Shown here piece by piece: positions 8,801-17,373 of a DNA stretch of 58,789 bases. A program made the position numbers and the translations under genes. Numbering within the stretch: position 1 is the first letter of the stretch; every line of letters starts with the position of its first letter. The stretch is from Candidatus Peribacteria bacterium (GTDB taxonomy: Bacteria > Patescibacteriota > Gracilibacteria > Peribacterales > Peribacteraceae): positions 1-58,789 of the forward strand of contig CALRCM010000003.1 in assembly GCA_943354555.1 (NCBI GenBank), given 5' to 3'. The notes beneath the pieces were generated by a model that made no database searches, was not told the DNA's origin, and saw only the letters and a list, made by a program, of their open reading frames with translations.

Positions 8801-10182
8801 CAGACATTGTCGAAAGGCTATTGCGGGAATTCCGCGTTCCCGAATACGTCGAGCTTTTTGGGCCATTACAGGAATTCAATGCCCGGACCTTGCCCCGTCT
8901 TTTGCCGGAAGCTTCAAGAGACCCACGCCATCGTGACCTTCAGGATTCCAACGAACATTCGGCTCGCATGTTCTACTTCATCGGAAGCAGAATGCTTCAA
9001 GAACAACATCTTCGTGATGAAGATAATGCGCTCGACACCATGCGGGAGCGGTACGGCGAATCGTCTCATGTGAATATGACAGGCGGCACCTCGTTGATGA
9101 ATAATCTTTCCTCCGGAATCGAAGATGATGGGTCGCTGGATCGACGATCTCAGCTACGAGACTTTGGCAACCGGCTACCGGATTTTCAGCAACACGTTGA
9201 CCAGTGGCGCCTCGACGATGTTCCGCTGGGTCCAATCGGGGGCCGCTGGCACTTCGGAAATCCCGTGACCAACCGTCATTTAGAGCTCTTTACGCATCTC
9301 CTCTCTCTTGGACGCACACCTTTCCGCATGATCCATAGCAATGAGTCGCTAATCATCCCAGGATTTATGAGCAAGAACGAAATGCGCATGTTCATCTTGA
9401 TGCTTGCGATGGAAGGGCTTATTGATCCAAAGCAGCCGGAACTCCAGATCGGAATTACCGGACGTCTCGCGCCTGAGCTTTGTGCCTATTTTGGGAGCTC
9501 CTGCATGCTCGGGACGGCAGATTGCGCCGCCTTCAAGCTCGATTCCTTCGTTCCAGAGTCAAAGCCAAACCATGAGCTGACCGCTGCGCGCATCGTTGCG
9601 TACGATGCATATCCGGAATCAGAGGGGAAGCGACGCAACTTCGAACTCCCTTTTATGTTCCAGGGGTCTCCGGAAATGGGAAACGTACCGGGACGCACGG
9701 ACATCCTCGGACGGTGGAACGTACGATGGAATACTTCAACCAAACCCGATCTCTTTACGATGGATGACCTCGACATCACGCATATAGTTGGATCGGCGCT
9801 CCGTCACGTGCAACATGGAGGACCACTCAAAGAAGCAGGCTTGGCGTATATGGAGCGCCACCGGGAGATCCTGGAGCGCTACGGTATCACCGATACTTTG
9901 GATGCCCCCTGGGTCTATACCCGTGTCCACGAAGCCTACGAAGACTCTTCGAAGAACCCGGAGCACTTTAACCGATGCGTGAAAGCCTGTATGGATGTTC
10001 ACTTTGCCAGCGCAGAGAGCTTTTCTCATGGAACGGGAGCAGTCTTTGAAGTACGAAAAAACATTGACACACTTATGCGTCAAGCGGAGACTATAGGCAA
10101 AGAAGTCTTGAGGGATCCGCGCTATGAAAACGATGTCCGCGCACTCCTCCAGGCAAGGACCTACGAATCCCTCCATTCTTAA
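5863..10182 (+). CDS. Large hypothetical protein (1439 aa)
   Basis: Long uninterrupted ORF; no family recognised. Confidence 0.8.
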   Translation: MPRDLLSYRWQEEYVSHPPEGERYDVWHYRSLIQQACNLPNKPPHDLTPEIADEIRFVRNDIAIALPENFSRRDAFSLFLTHENPMGTYYMLDDLGDIAYDQEKELAAIQSSSYLPGYWDLEPKELMDSYHRSLDPQKKKREGSVDFPTNDRVSIRLGIRRTQKPAPKQVVEGLFYEQFFSDEWNWEYGAPQLFAAIEKNLESRTVTDDPFEWVQERISIAAGYSILGGGKECSPPFLAQAYERMASTVCNGIPVGHEEFREYEIGEEEQNLLIELYGRYASSLSPEMVEFVMAHAVVLTPQILRESEHIKKFLTHLPEMLSNGLNIDRVFEYAIEPTKESGTGLQRLESALRMTMSIYRGEKPWWFKEDFSMSEWLQEDDGHETNGRLRLHNNQLGRATLERIAQRAGFAFTHVLEPYHAVGYRMGSLPPFTEEDAIDFTAFVTEHYGIGNRRRSIEVIRNCLYILEQEALPLRHERLKNLREHLDEVKPQTHTIGRLEARDPVFEMPGVHVLTATMLRRSLAESMEVHDLRIGFDILEAIDEKFQEPLEVRARTYAPALPSHLANMQRRGLLINQSPEARLALPIPEGHLLANVERRNPSLGIFDFYAQLKQECGQVNRDVAKIYFQHCAARMPDPWHPPKGFLRFLELFDFINTPGWRFTAMEHPRDRPKVSEQNQRREVAKQMLVSNMLDAWIMGLLTSEELEALCRWITAELTDEERIEIEKDVLWSQNDDLAKLNLPLPPPVAEDEPEDIELLTHGRISSYMRRQLRRPLPPKPVPTEEEREQEAMERLEMNVRSECQQREQRIRSQRMVALQETFTMLSVLNSMAIAGSFSIAELRSVLRETVLPAAIRGADQGTGEVHAIQQGAMLTNLVRMQELGGIDHQGFRSAIEGSASPEEARKTAYDFIQQVLLRCMEESLNEALPNAINTVTSVMKAHAGKPDTAEGALARAVGQARKDLETELRRIWNDAPFAAPDIVERLLREFRVPEYVELFGPLQEFNARTLPRLLPEASRDPRHRDLQDSNEHSARMFYFIGSRMLQEQHLRDEDNALDTMRERYGESSHVNMTGGTSLMNNLSSGIEDDGSLDRRSQLRDFGNRLPDFQQHVDQWRLDDVPLGPIGGRWHFGNPVTNRHLELFTHLLSLGRTPFRMIHSNESLIIPGFMSKNEMRMFILMLAMEGLIDPKQPELQIGITGRLAPELCAYFGSSCMLGTADCAAFKLDSFVPESKPNHELTAARIVAYDAYPESEGKRRNFELPFMFQGSPEMGNVPGRTDILGRWNVRWNTSTKPDLFTMDDLDITHIVGSALRHVQHGGPLKEAGLAYMERHREILERYGITDTLDAPWVYTRVHEAYEDSSKNPEHFNRCVKACMDVHFASAESFSHGTGAVFEVRKNIDTLMRQAETIGKEVLRDPRYENDVRALLQARTYESLHS

Positions 10183-10191
10183 CTCTCTACT

Positions 10192-10914
10192 ATGGGTAGC
10201 GACCACCGAGGCGTAACAGAATCCACCGGCCGTGAACGCTCCAGCACTATTGATGTCCCTCATGCGCAAAAGCACATAGAGTCTTCCGGTTCTGCTCCAC
10301 GTATCGCAGATACCCGAGACGACACGATGCAGCATTCAAGAGAAGTTGTAACCGGAACGGACGCTCGTTCAAAACCCCATGCTCCACCCTCTGCACACGT
10401 TAAGGTAGGACCGAATGATCGAAGAGAGTCGAGCAGGATTGAGACACATCCCACCAAGCCAGCTCCTGCCAGGATCGAGCCCCCCAAACCCATCACTCCC
10501 ATAGCCAAGACAGAACCACCGAAGATTGCTCCACCTACTCCGGCTGTCACCGCAGAGTCCGCTCCGCAAAAACCCATTGCGCCTTACGTCGCCCCCGCCT
10601 CTCCAAAGGCTGCTGCTCCCGCTGCACCAATCACTGTTTCCCCTAAAGCTCCATCAGCAGAAAAGAAGGAGCTTGGTGCTCCGGAGATCCAGAAGATCAG
10701 ATCAGTAATCGAAACCGGACTCAGTAATTATCGTGGGATTGCAGCTTTCAAAACACAGAATCGCAAAAACGAGCGTGAAAGAACGCTCGATGCCGTCTTC
10801 AGAGCTGCAGGAGAAACGCCGCGTGCCGGAGACCGCTTTGCAGCAGCCAAACGTCTCGCAAGGCTCGCAGGAGCAGATTATCTGAATATGGTTGAAGATC
10901 TACATAGGAATTAG
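10192..10914 (+). CDS. Hypothetical protein with Pro/Ala-rich linker and small helical C-terminal domain
   Basis: ORF starts 9 nt after the previous gene; low-complexity P/A/K middle region. Confidence 0.7.
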   Translation: MGSDHRGVTESTGRERSSTIDVPHAQKHIESSGSAPRIADTRDDTMQHSREVVTGTDARSKPHAPPSAHVKVGPNDRRESSRIETHPTKPAPARIEPPKPITPIAKTEPPKIAPPTPAVTAESAPQKPIAPYVAPASPKAAAPAAPITVSPKAPSAEKKELGAPEIQKIRSVIETGLSNYRGIAAFKTQNRKNERERTLDAVFRAAGETPRAGDRFAAAKRLARLAGADYLNMVEDLHRN

Positions 10915-11046
10915 ACGTGTAAGAATCCCTCCTTCCGTTCGTCTACTACGTTACAGGTCCCCCCAACACTACTATTTTCAATAATAGTAAAGATGGGGGG
11001 CTTGCTACACTTCGGTGTCTGCTCTTATTTTCTTACGCTCACTTCT

Positions 11047-13755
11047 ATGGTTCGCGCTCCTGTAAGATTATCCTCCATTGTTGCCTTAGCTCTTAGCCTC
11101 GGCATCATCGCCCCGGCATTGGCGTTCTCCGATGTCTCATCGAAGACTCCCTATAACCGCGCGATCAATGCGCTGCAGGAACAGGGTGTAGTGGAAGGAT
11201 ATGGAGACGGATCATTTAAAGCAGCAGCCCGTATCAACCGTGCAGAGTTTTTGAAGATCGTCCTCGAAAGCCGTGGTGATATCGCAGATCTGAAGAATTG
11301 TTTTCCAGATGTGAAGGATCAGTGGTTTGCAAACTATGTCTGTAGCGCAAAATCAGAGGAGATCGTCGCGGGATACCCAGACGGGACATTTAAGCCGGAG
11401 CAGGAGATCAACTTTGTCGAAGCAAGCAAAATTCTCGCTCTCGCCTACGGTCAGACCATCGAAGCAAACTCTCCGGACTGGTACGAGCCCTATGCACGCG
11501 CATTGGAATCTTCCTCGGCAATCCCACCCTCTATCAATGGTCTTGATCAACGATTGAATCGTGGAGAAATGGCCGAGATGATGTGGAGACTGAGTAGCGA
11601 CATACAGGATCAGCCGACGAAGGGCTACATCAATGTGAAGTACCCCGAGGTGCAGGTAAATCTTGCGAGCTATGTTCCGCAAATGGCGAAGTCCTGTGTC
11701 GATCTGCGCGCATTCACGGAAGAGGCAGGTCGCAGTGCAGGAGGATACGGAACAGACATGATGATGCGCGAAGGCACAATGGCTCCGGCATCCGGCGCAC
11801 CCATGAACGACAGCGGCGAGTCCAACACGAAATCCGCGGATTACTCGGAAACAAACGTTCAGGTCGAAGGTGTCGATGAAGGAGATATCGTCAAGACTGA
11901 CGGCGAATATCTCTATATCGTCCGTAATCAGGAGATCCGCATCGTGGACGCGACGCCGGCAAGTAATCTGCGCAATGTCGCAACGATTGCCGTGGATGAT
12001 GCGTCATTCTCCCCGACCGATCTCTATGTCGAAGGCGATCGCCTCGTCGTCATCGGCACCACGTGGGAAAATGGCGGCGGCAAAGTACGGATCATGGAAG
12101 ATTTAGGAACGAGGAACCAAGAACTAGCTACGAAGATGGCCTCGATGATCTGGCCTGGGCCATGGTACAACCGCTCGTACACAACCGTAAAAATCTATGA
12201 TGTGAGTGACGCTGCGAATCCAAAGCTCTCCCGCACGGTCTCCTTCGAGGGATCTTCCGTAAGCACACGCCGCATAGGTGACAAGCTCTACGTCGTTGTA
12301 AACCAATCTCCCCGCTACTGGGGTGGATTCGACAGGCTCACCACAGGTGGCCCGATGCCGATGGGTACTGCGATAAAAGAAGCAGATCTTGTGCCGACCA
12401 TCAAAGATTCTGCAAAAGGCGATACCGCAATGCCTGCAGTCGGCTGCAACGACGTCATGATTCTTCCAAGAGTCCCCTCCCCGAGTTACCTCATTGTCGG
12501 TGTTGTTCCTTTGAACAACAGCACAGGAGAAGTACAACGGACAGCAATCCTCGGCAATGGAGAGAATGTCTACGCCTCACTGGAGAATCTCTACGTCGCT
12601 GCGACAGACTGGCAGTACGCATGGAACAATGCGGTAGAAAATGCATCGCAGCAGCGCACGCGTCTCTATCGTTTTGCCTTCACGAGCGATGGCGCCAAGT
12701 TCCAGGCACAAAGCCAGGTTCCTGGGCGTATTCTCAATCAATTCTCTATGGATGAGGCTTCGACAGGGCTCAGCCTGACACCCTACTTCCGCATCGCAAC
12801 GACCATCGACGAACAGTGGATGGCCAATAACACGTCACGCGCATCCAGCAACAATCTCTACGTGCTGAATCGTGACATGGAGACAGTGGGATCACTCGAA
12901 GACCTCGCTCCGGGTGAGAAGATCTACTCGACTCGGTTCCTCGGCGACCGCGCCTATATGGTCACGTTCCGTACGATCGATCCGCTATTTGTCATCGATA
13001 CGTCTGATCCAAGAAATCCCAAGATTCTCGGCAAGCTGAAGATCCCGGGATATAGCGATTATCTGCACCCGTACGATGAGAACCACATCATCGGATTTGG
13101 GAAAGACGCTGAAGCCTCTAAGGATGGAACGTTTGCGTGGTACTTGGGCATAAAAGTCGCGCTGTTTGATGTCACCGATGTGGCAAACCCGAAGGAGCTG
13201 CACAAGATCGCAATCGGCGACCGCGGGACGGAAAGTCCACTCCTCCACAATCACAAAGCACTGCTGTTTGACCGCGAAAGAGATCTCCTCGCGTTTCCAG
13301 TAAATATCCATAAGATCAGCGACGCCCAAAAGCAAACGGGCGAACAAGCAATGGCCTACGGCGAACCCGTTTTCCAAGGTGCACAGGTCTATACACTCAC
13401 TCTCAAAGACGGCTTCAAGCTCCGAGGACAGATCACACATTACTCAGACACCGATTGGCAGAAGGCAGGAAGCTATGTGTATGGCAAAGACATTGAACGA
13501 ATTATCCGCGTTGGCGACTCGCTCTACACCACTTCGCAATGGGGCGTAGTGAGCGCCACCGAAGACACGGTAAAGAAAGAGGGATCAGTACCCTTCGATA
13601 TCCCGTCGCCTGTCTCTGGCGGATCGTGCCCGGACGAATCTGATCCCAACGTACACTACGTAAGCAAGGATCCGGACGAATGCATGCGCGTGCGATTCTC
13701 ATGCATCCCCGGTACAGAAGGATTCAGTGATATGTGCGGGTGCGGGTGTAAGTAA
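11047..13755 (+). CDS. Secreted S-layer-homology (SLH) + beta-propeller domain protein
   Basis: Signal peptide (ALA-FSDV), SLH repeats (GVVEGYGDGSF..INRAEFLK; GYPDGTFKP), beta-propeller family motifs YSETNVQVEGVDEGDIVKTDG, NQFSMDE, YMVTFRTIDPLFVID, LKIPGYSDYLHPYDE; Cys-rich tail. Confidence 0.9.
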   Translation: MVRAPVRLSSIVALALSLGIIAPALAFSDVSSKTPYNRAINALQEQGVVEGYGDGSFKAAARINRAEFLKIVLESRGDIADLKNCFPDVKDQWFANYVCSAKSEEIVAGYPDGTFKPEQEINFVEASKILALAYGQTIEANSPDWYEPYARALESSSAIPPSINGLDQRLNRGEMAEMMWRLSSDIQDQPTKGYINVKYPEVQVNLASYVPQMAKSCVDLRAFTEEAGRSAGGYGTDMMMREGTMAPASGAPMNDSGESNTKSADYSETNVQVEGVDEGDIVKTDGEYLYIVRNQEIRIVDATPASNLRNVATIAVDDASFSPTDLYVEGDRLVVIGTTWENGGGKVRIMEDLGTRNQELATKMASMIWPGPWYNRSYTTVKIYDVSDAANPKLSRTVSFEGSSVSTRRIGDKLYVVVNQSPRYWGGFDRLTTGGPMPMGTAIKEADLVPTIKDSAKGDTAMPAVGCNDVMILPRVPSPSYLIVGVVPLNNSTGEVQRTAILGNGENVYASLENLYVAATDWQYAWNNAVENASQQRTRLYRFAFTSDGAKFQAQSQVPGRILNQFSMDEASTGLSLTPYFRIATTIDEQWMANNTSRASSNNLYVLNRDMETVGSLEDLAPGEKIYSTRFLGDRAYMVTFRTIDPLFVIDTSDPRNPKILGKLKIPGYSDYLHPYDENHIIGFGKDAEASKDGTFAWYLGIKVALFDVTDVANPKELHKIAIGDRGTESPLLHNHKALLFDRERDLLAFPVNIHKISDAQKQTGEQAMAYGEPVFQGAQVYTLTLKDGFKLRGQITHYSDTDWQKAGSYVYGKDIERIIRVGDSLYTTSQWGVVSATEDTVKKEGSVPFDIPSPVSGGSCPDESDPNVHYVSKDPDECMRVRFSCIPGTEGFSDMCGCGCK

Positions 13756-13764
13756 ACCTCCATG

Positions 13765-13836
13765 AACCGCAGGCAGAAAGCCTGCTCCCTATGTCCTGGA
13801 AACAGCATATCGGGAGCAGCTTTTCTAGCTGCGGTC
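13765..13836. repeat. 72-bp palindromic intergenic repeat, copy 1
   Basis: AACCGCAGGCAGAAAGCCTGCTCC-variable-ATCGGGAGCAGCTTTTCTAGCTGCGGTC; second copy at 23189-23260. Confidence 0.9.
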
Positions 13837-13871
13837 GTCATGCGGAATACAACCGCATTTAAAATTCCGAG

Positions 13872-16271
13872 TTAAAGCCCCAAATCCCCCCTCGTCACCT
13901 TGATGACATCCCCCCTCTTGGGCGGCTGTCTCAAAAACCGGTCCGCCAAGTGTGTCTCCAACGTGTCCTGCACTGCTCTGCGCATAGCGCGTGCACCAAA
14001 CTCCGCGCTGTAGCCTTTCTTTGCTATGGCCTCCACGGCATCAGCATCTATTTTAAGCATAATCCCCTTCTCCTTCTGCATCGCTGCAGCAAGTGTTCCG
14101 ATCATCTGCATCGCCACATGCACCGTATCGCTAAACGTAAGAGGACGGAAAACAACTACTTCATCGAAGCGGTTGAGAAATTCCGGTGAATAGGTTCCGG
14201 TTTCGATGATCGCGTCGATGAGCTGGGTATGGAATTCCTCAGCGGGCATCGCAGGATTTTTTTGCAGAATCTGATGGACAGCTTTTGATCCCGCATTGCT
14301 CGTTGCAATGATCACGGTCGAGCGGAAGTCGGTCTTTACGCCGTCACTATCGATAAGATGTCCTTCGTCGAGAATCTGCAGGAAGAGATTGAGCACGTGC
14401 GGATGTGCTTTCTCCAGCTCATCGAGAAGAACCAGTGACGCAGGTCTCTGTTGAACCTGCTTGGCCAGTACACCCTTGTCTCCGGCCCCTCCACCGATGA
14501 TTCGGTCCACCGACGTACTCTCGGAAAATTCATTCATGTCCAGTCGGATCATATTTTCGCTACCGTCGAAAAGAATGTCGCACAGCGCTTTCGCCGTTTC
14601 GGTCTTTCCCACGCCTGTAGGTCCAAGCAGTAGAAATGTTCCGATGGGACGATTGCGGCTGCCGATCTGCAGTTTCCCCCGCTTGAGGGCATTCGCGAGA
14701 GTTTTTACCGCATGATTCTGCCCGATAATCCTTTCCTGCAAACGCACTTCTGTCTCGAGGTACCGTAGCCTGTCATCCACATCAAGTGCGGAGACATCCT
14801 GATGTGCACGCACGGATATCGCCTGAAGGACCATTTCTTCGGTCACTGTAGCGAGCCGGAGGGAGTGGGCCTGCGTGACGACTTCCCGCAAAACCTCCAC
14901 CGATTTTCCGGGAAAGGCCTGCAACCCGACGTAGCGTCCTGTCGCTTCGATAATCTTACGTAAGAGCCGGTATGGGACAGTAATACGACCGGATTTCTGA
15001 AGCTGCGTACATTCCTCCATCAGGACCTCCATGGTCTGCGGTTCTTCTGGCTCCTCGATCGTTACGCGTTCAAAGAGCGCATCGACTCCTGCATACCTCA
15101 CAATCCCTGCGTGGTACTCCCCGGGATCGGCAATGGCGACCACACCGACATTGGGGCTTTCCAAAAGCTTCATCAGTACGCCCTGCAAGCGTGCATCACC
15201 GCCACTAAGTAAAAGCCCAAGATCACGAATAACAATGATGTGCCGTCCGCTGTCTCTGCCCTGAAGCGCCTTCAGAAGGTCGTGATCAGGGTGATCCGTT
15301 CCAGAGAGAAGACGTTGGGTTTTCAGGAGAAACACACGGGAGAGAGGCAGGCCCGCAGCGAGTTCTTTCATCCGCAGTGCTGCCGTGAAGTGCATCAGAA
15401 GTGTCCAGCGTCCAGAGCCTCTGCGGCCGAGAAGCAGTGCATTGTGATGGGAGCCACGCTGTAGAATTCCGGCGATCATTTGGCTCTCTTTGCTGTGCAG
15501 CAATGATCCCCTCCGTGCTGTCCGTAATGCTTCATGCGTAAGATCCTCCGTAAGCTCATCCAGAATCGTGTTGTAGCCCATCACCCAGCCTTGGCCGATG
15601 CCGCCGAAAGATGTGGCGATCGCTTGCGGTGACCATCCGGAAGTTTGTCGGGATTGCTGCAGCAGAGCATCCCATTGCACCACCGCATCGAGATCCGCTT
15701 CTGCGATATCCGCATGATTCATCGCATCATAAAAGGGACCATCCGCACTGCACAGGAGATATGCCAGAATATGCGGAGCGGCAATTCTCTTCGCCTGATA
15801 CTTGGGAAGTAGTGCGGATGCACCCTTGAGAATTCGCTGAGGATCCATCGCCTCCACTGCACTACTGCACGTGGTACAGAGATTCTTCGGATCTATACCG
15901 AGCTCCTGCAAGAGGAAAACACCACGAGGTGAGCGAAGCGATGCACGAAAAAGATGTACGGGAGAAACGCGGGCGGAGTTGCGTATTCCCCGCAGGACAT
16001 CCGCATCCACTAGCTCACGAATATCGGATGACACTTTCGTGTCTCTCTCTAACGCGTCCACAATGAACCGGTGTAGAACGACAAGCGTAAAAACGAAGAG
16101 AACTGCTCCCTCGACAAAAGCGATTTCATACTCTTCGGAGAGAATACCAAAAACAATTCCTGCAAAGAGAATTCCTTCAAGTATCAACGCAATCGGGCCA
16201 AAAAAACATCTGCGCAACGTCTCGATGCGATCCATACGCGTGCCAGCAAGGGAGAGAGATACCGGCTTCAT
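13872..16271 (-). CDS. Clp/Hsp100-like AAA+ ATPase with N-terminal TM helices
   Basis: NBD2 intact (GPTGVGKT, RLDMNEF, LLDELEKAH, PEFLNRFD, FGARAMRR); NBD1 degenerate (GRRGSGRW); two hydrophobic N-terminal helices. Confidence 0.88.
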   Translation of the reverse strand: MKPVSLSLAGTRMDRIETLRRCFFGPIALILEGILFAGIVFGILSEEYEIAFVEGAVLFVFTLVVLHRFIVDALERDTKVSSDIRELVDADVLRGIRNSARVSPVHLFRASLRSPRGVFLLQELGIDPKNLCTTCSSAVEAMDPQRILKGASALLPKYQAKRIAAPHILAYLLCSADGPFYDAMNHADIAEADLDAVVQWDALLQQSRQTSGWSPQAIATSFGGIGQGWVMGYNTILDELTEDLTHEALRTARRGSLLHSKESQMIAGILQRGSHHNALLLGRRGSGRWTLLMHFTAALRMKELAAGLPLSRVFLLKTQRLLSGTDHPDHDLLKALQGRDSGRHIIVIRDLGLLLSGGDARLQGVLMKLLESPNVGVVAIADPGEYHAGIVRYAGVDALFERVTIEEPEEPQTMEVLMEECTQLQKSGRITVPYRLLRKIIEATGRYVGLQAFPGKSVEVLREVVTQAHSLRLATVTEEMVLQAISVRAHQDVSALDVDDRLRYLETEVRLQERIIGQNHAVKTLANALKRGKLQIGSRNRPIGTFLLLGPTGVGKTETAKALCDILFDGSENMIRLDMNEFSESTSVDRIIGGGAGDKGVLAKQVQQRPASLVLLDELEKAHPHVLNLFLQILDEGHLIDSDGVKTDFRSTVIIATSNAGSKAVHQILQKNPAMPAEEFHTQLIDAIIETGTYSPEFLNRFDEVVVFRPLTFSDTVHVAMQMIGTLAAAMQKEKGIMLKIDADAVEAIAKKGYSAEFGARAMRRAVQDTLETHLADRFLRQPPKRGDVIKVTRGDLGL

Positions 16272-16678
16272 GCAAGGAGAACGACAGTGATGTGTGCGAT
16301 AGCGAAAAGTAGTGCAAGTGGATAGGCGATCCAGAGCAATAGATATCCAACGGTGAAGGCAAGAAGAGCGATCTGAACTACGATGGCAACAATGATCGCT
16401 CCAAGGCGGATCACCGCACCTATGCAGCGCGAAATACCGTTGAGCGCGAGCATCGGGCCGATAGTGTAGATATTCAGTTGCTTAGGCCTCTCAATTATAT
16501 TTTTCCACGGTGCAAAAATCGTACGTAGTAGAAACAGTATCGGAAGAATGGCGGTAAATGCTTTACTATAGGAGTAGCCGCGCCGCGGGATCCGAATCAT
16601 CTCTACGAGGTACCATCCGAGGAACTCCCGCATGAGGGGAATTGCGCTATCCGGACGTAGGAGACTCAGAGCACGCAT
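16268..16678 (-). CDS. Small membrane protein, translationally coupled to the Clp ATPase
   Basis: LLRTIFAPWK motif, hydrophobic C-terminal half; ATGA overlap with the ATPase start. Confidence 0.75.
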   Translation of the reverse strand: MRALSLLRPDSAIPLMREFLGWYLVEMIRIPRRGYSYSKAFTAILPILFLLRTIFAPWKNIIERPKQLNIYTIGPMLALNGISRCIGAVIRLGAIIVAIVVQIALLAFTVGYLLLWIAYPLALLFAIAHITVVLLA

Positions 16679-16743
16679 AATCTCATGATTATACCAGAAA
16701 TATGGTGTTTTGAGGAGACCCGTAAAAGCGCTATTCTCGTTCT

Positions 16744-17322
16744 ATGCCTCTCATCGTCCTTGAAGGTCCCGACGGCGCCGGTACCACCCGCCACAGCAAA
16801 CTTCTTGCTGAGCAACTGATCAAAGAAGGGCATGATGTGATACTCACAGCAGAACCGACAACGGGACCGATCGGTACGAAAATTCGTGCCATGCTTCAGG
16901 GCAAAGATGCACCCGATGCCATGACGATCCAGCTCCTTTTCTGCGCCGACCGCGCAGATCACACAGCTCAGATTATTCGACCTGCACTGGATGCGGGAAA
17001 AATCGTCATCACCGATCGCTATACACTTTCGACCATCGTCTACGGCGCGGCACAGGGGCTTGATGGTGCATGGCTCAGATCCATCAATGATGCGTTTCCA
17101 AAACCCGATCAGATATTTCTGTTGTTGCCACCGTACGAAGTGTGCGCCGAGCGCGTAGGAAGGCGTGCAACGAAGGATCAGTTCGAGGTCGATGTTTTTC
17201 AGAAAAAGGTTTACGGACTCTATGAAAAAGCATGCCAGCCGAACATCATCAAGATAGATACTTCAGGGAAGGCAGAAGAAGTGGCGGAGGAAATATTCCG
17301 CTGCTACAGAAACAGTATTTGA
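16744..17322 (+). CDS. tmk: Thymidylate kinase
   Basis: IVLEGPDGAGTT P-loop, EPT, LLFCADRADH, VITDRY. Confidence 0.95.
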   Translation: MPLIVLEGPDGAGTTRHSKLLAEQLIKEGHDVILTAEPTTGPIGTKIRAMLQGKDAPDAMTIQLLFCADRADHTAQIIRPALDAGKIVITDRYTLSTIVYGAAQGLDGAWLRSINDAFPKPDQIFLLLPPYEVCAERVGRRATKDQFEVDVFQKKVYGLYEKACQPNIIKIDTSGKAEEVAEEIFRCYRNSI

Positions 17323-17373
17323 CTAAACAATAAATCGGAGGACAATTTGCGGTAACTTTCTCCAAATTTTTCT

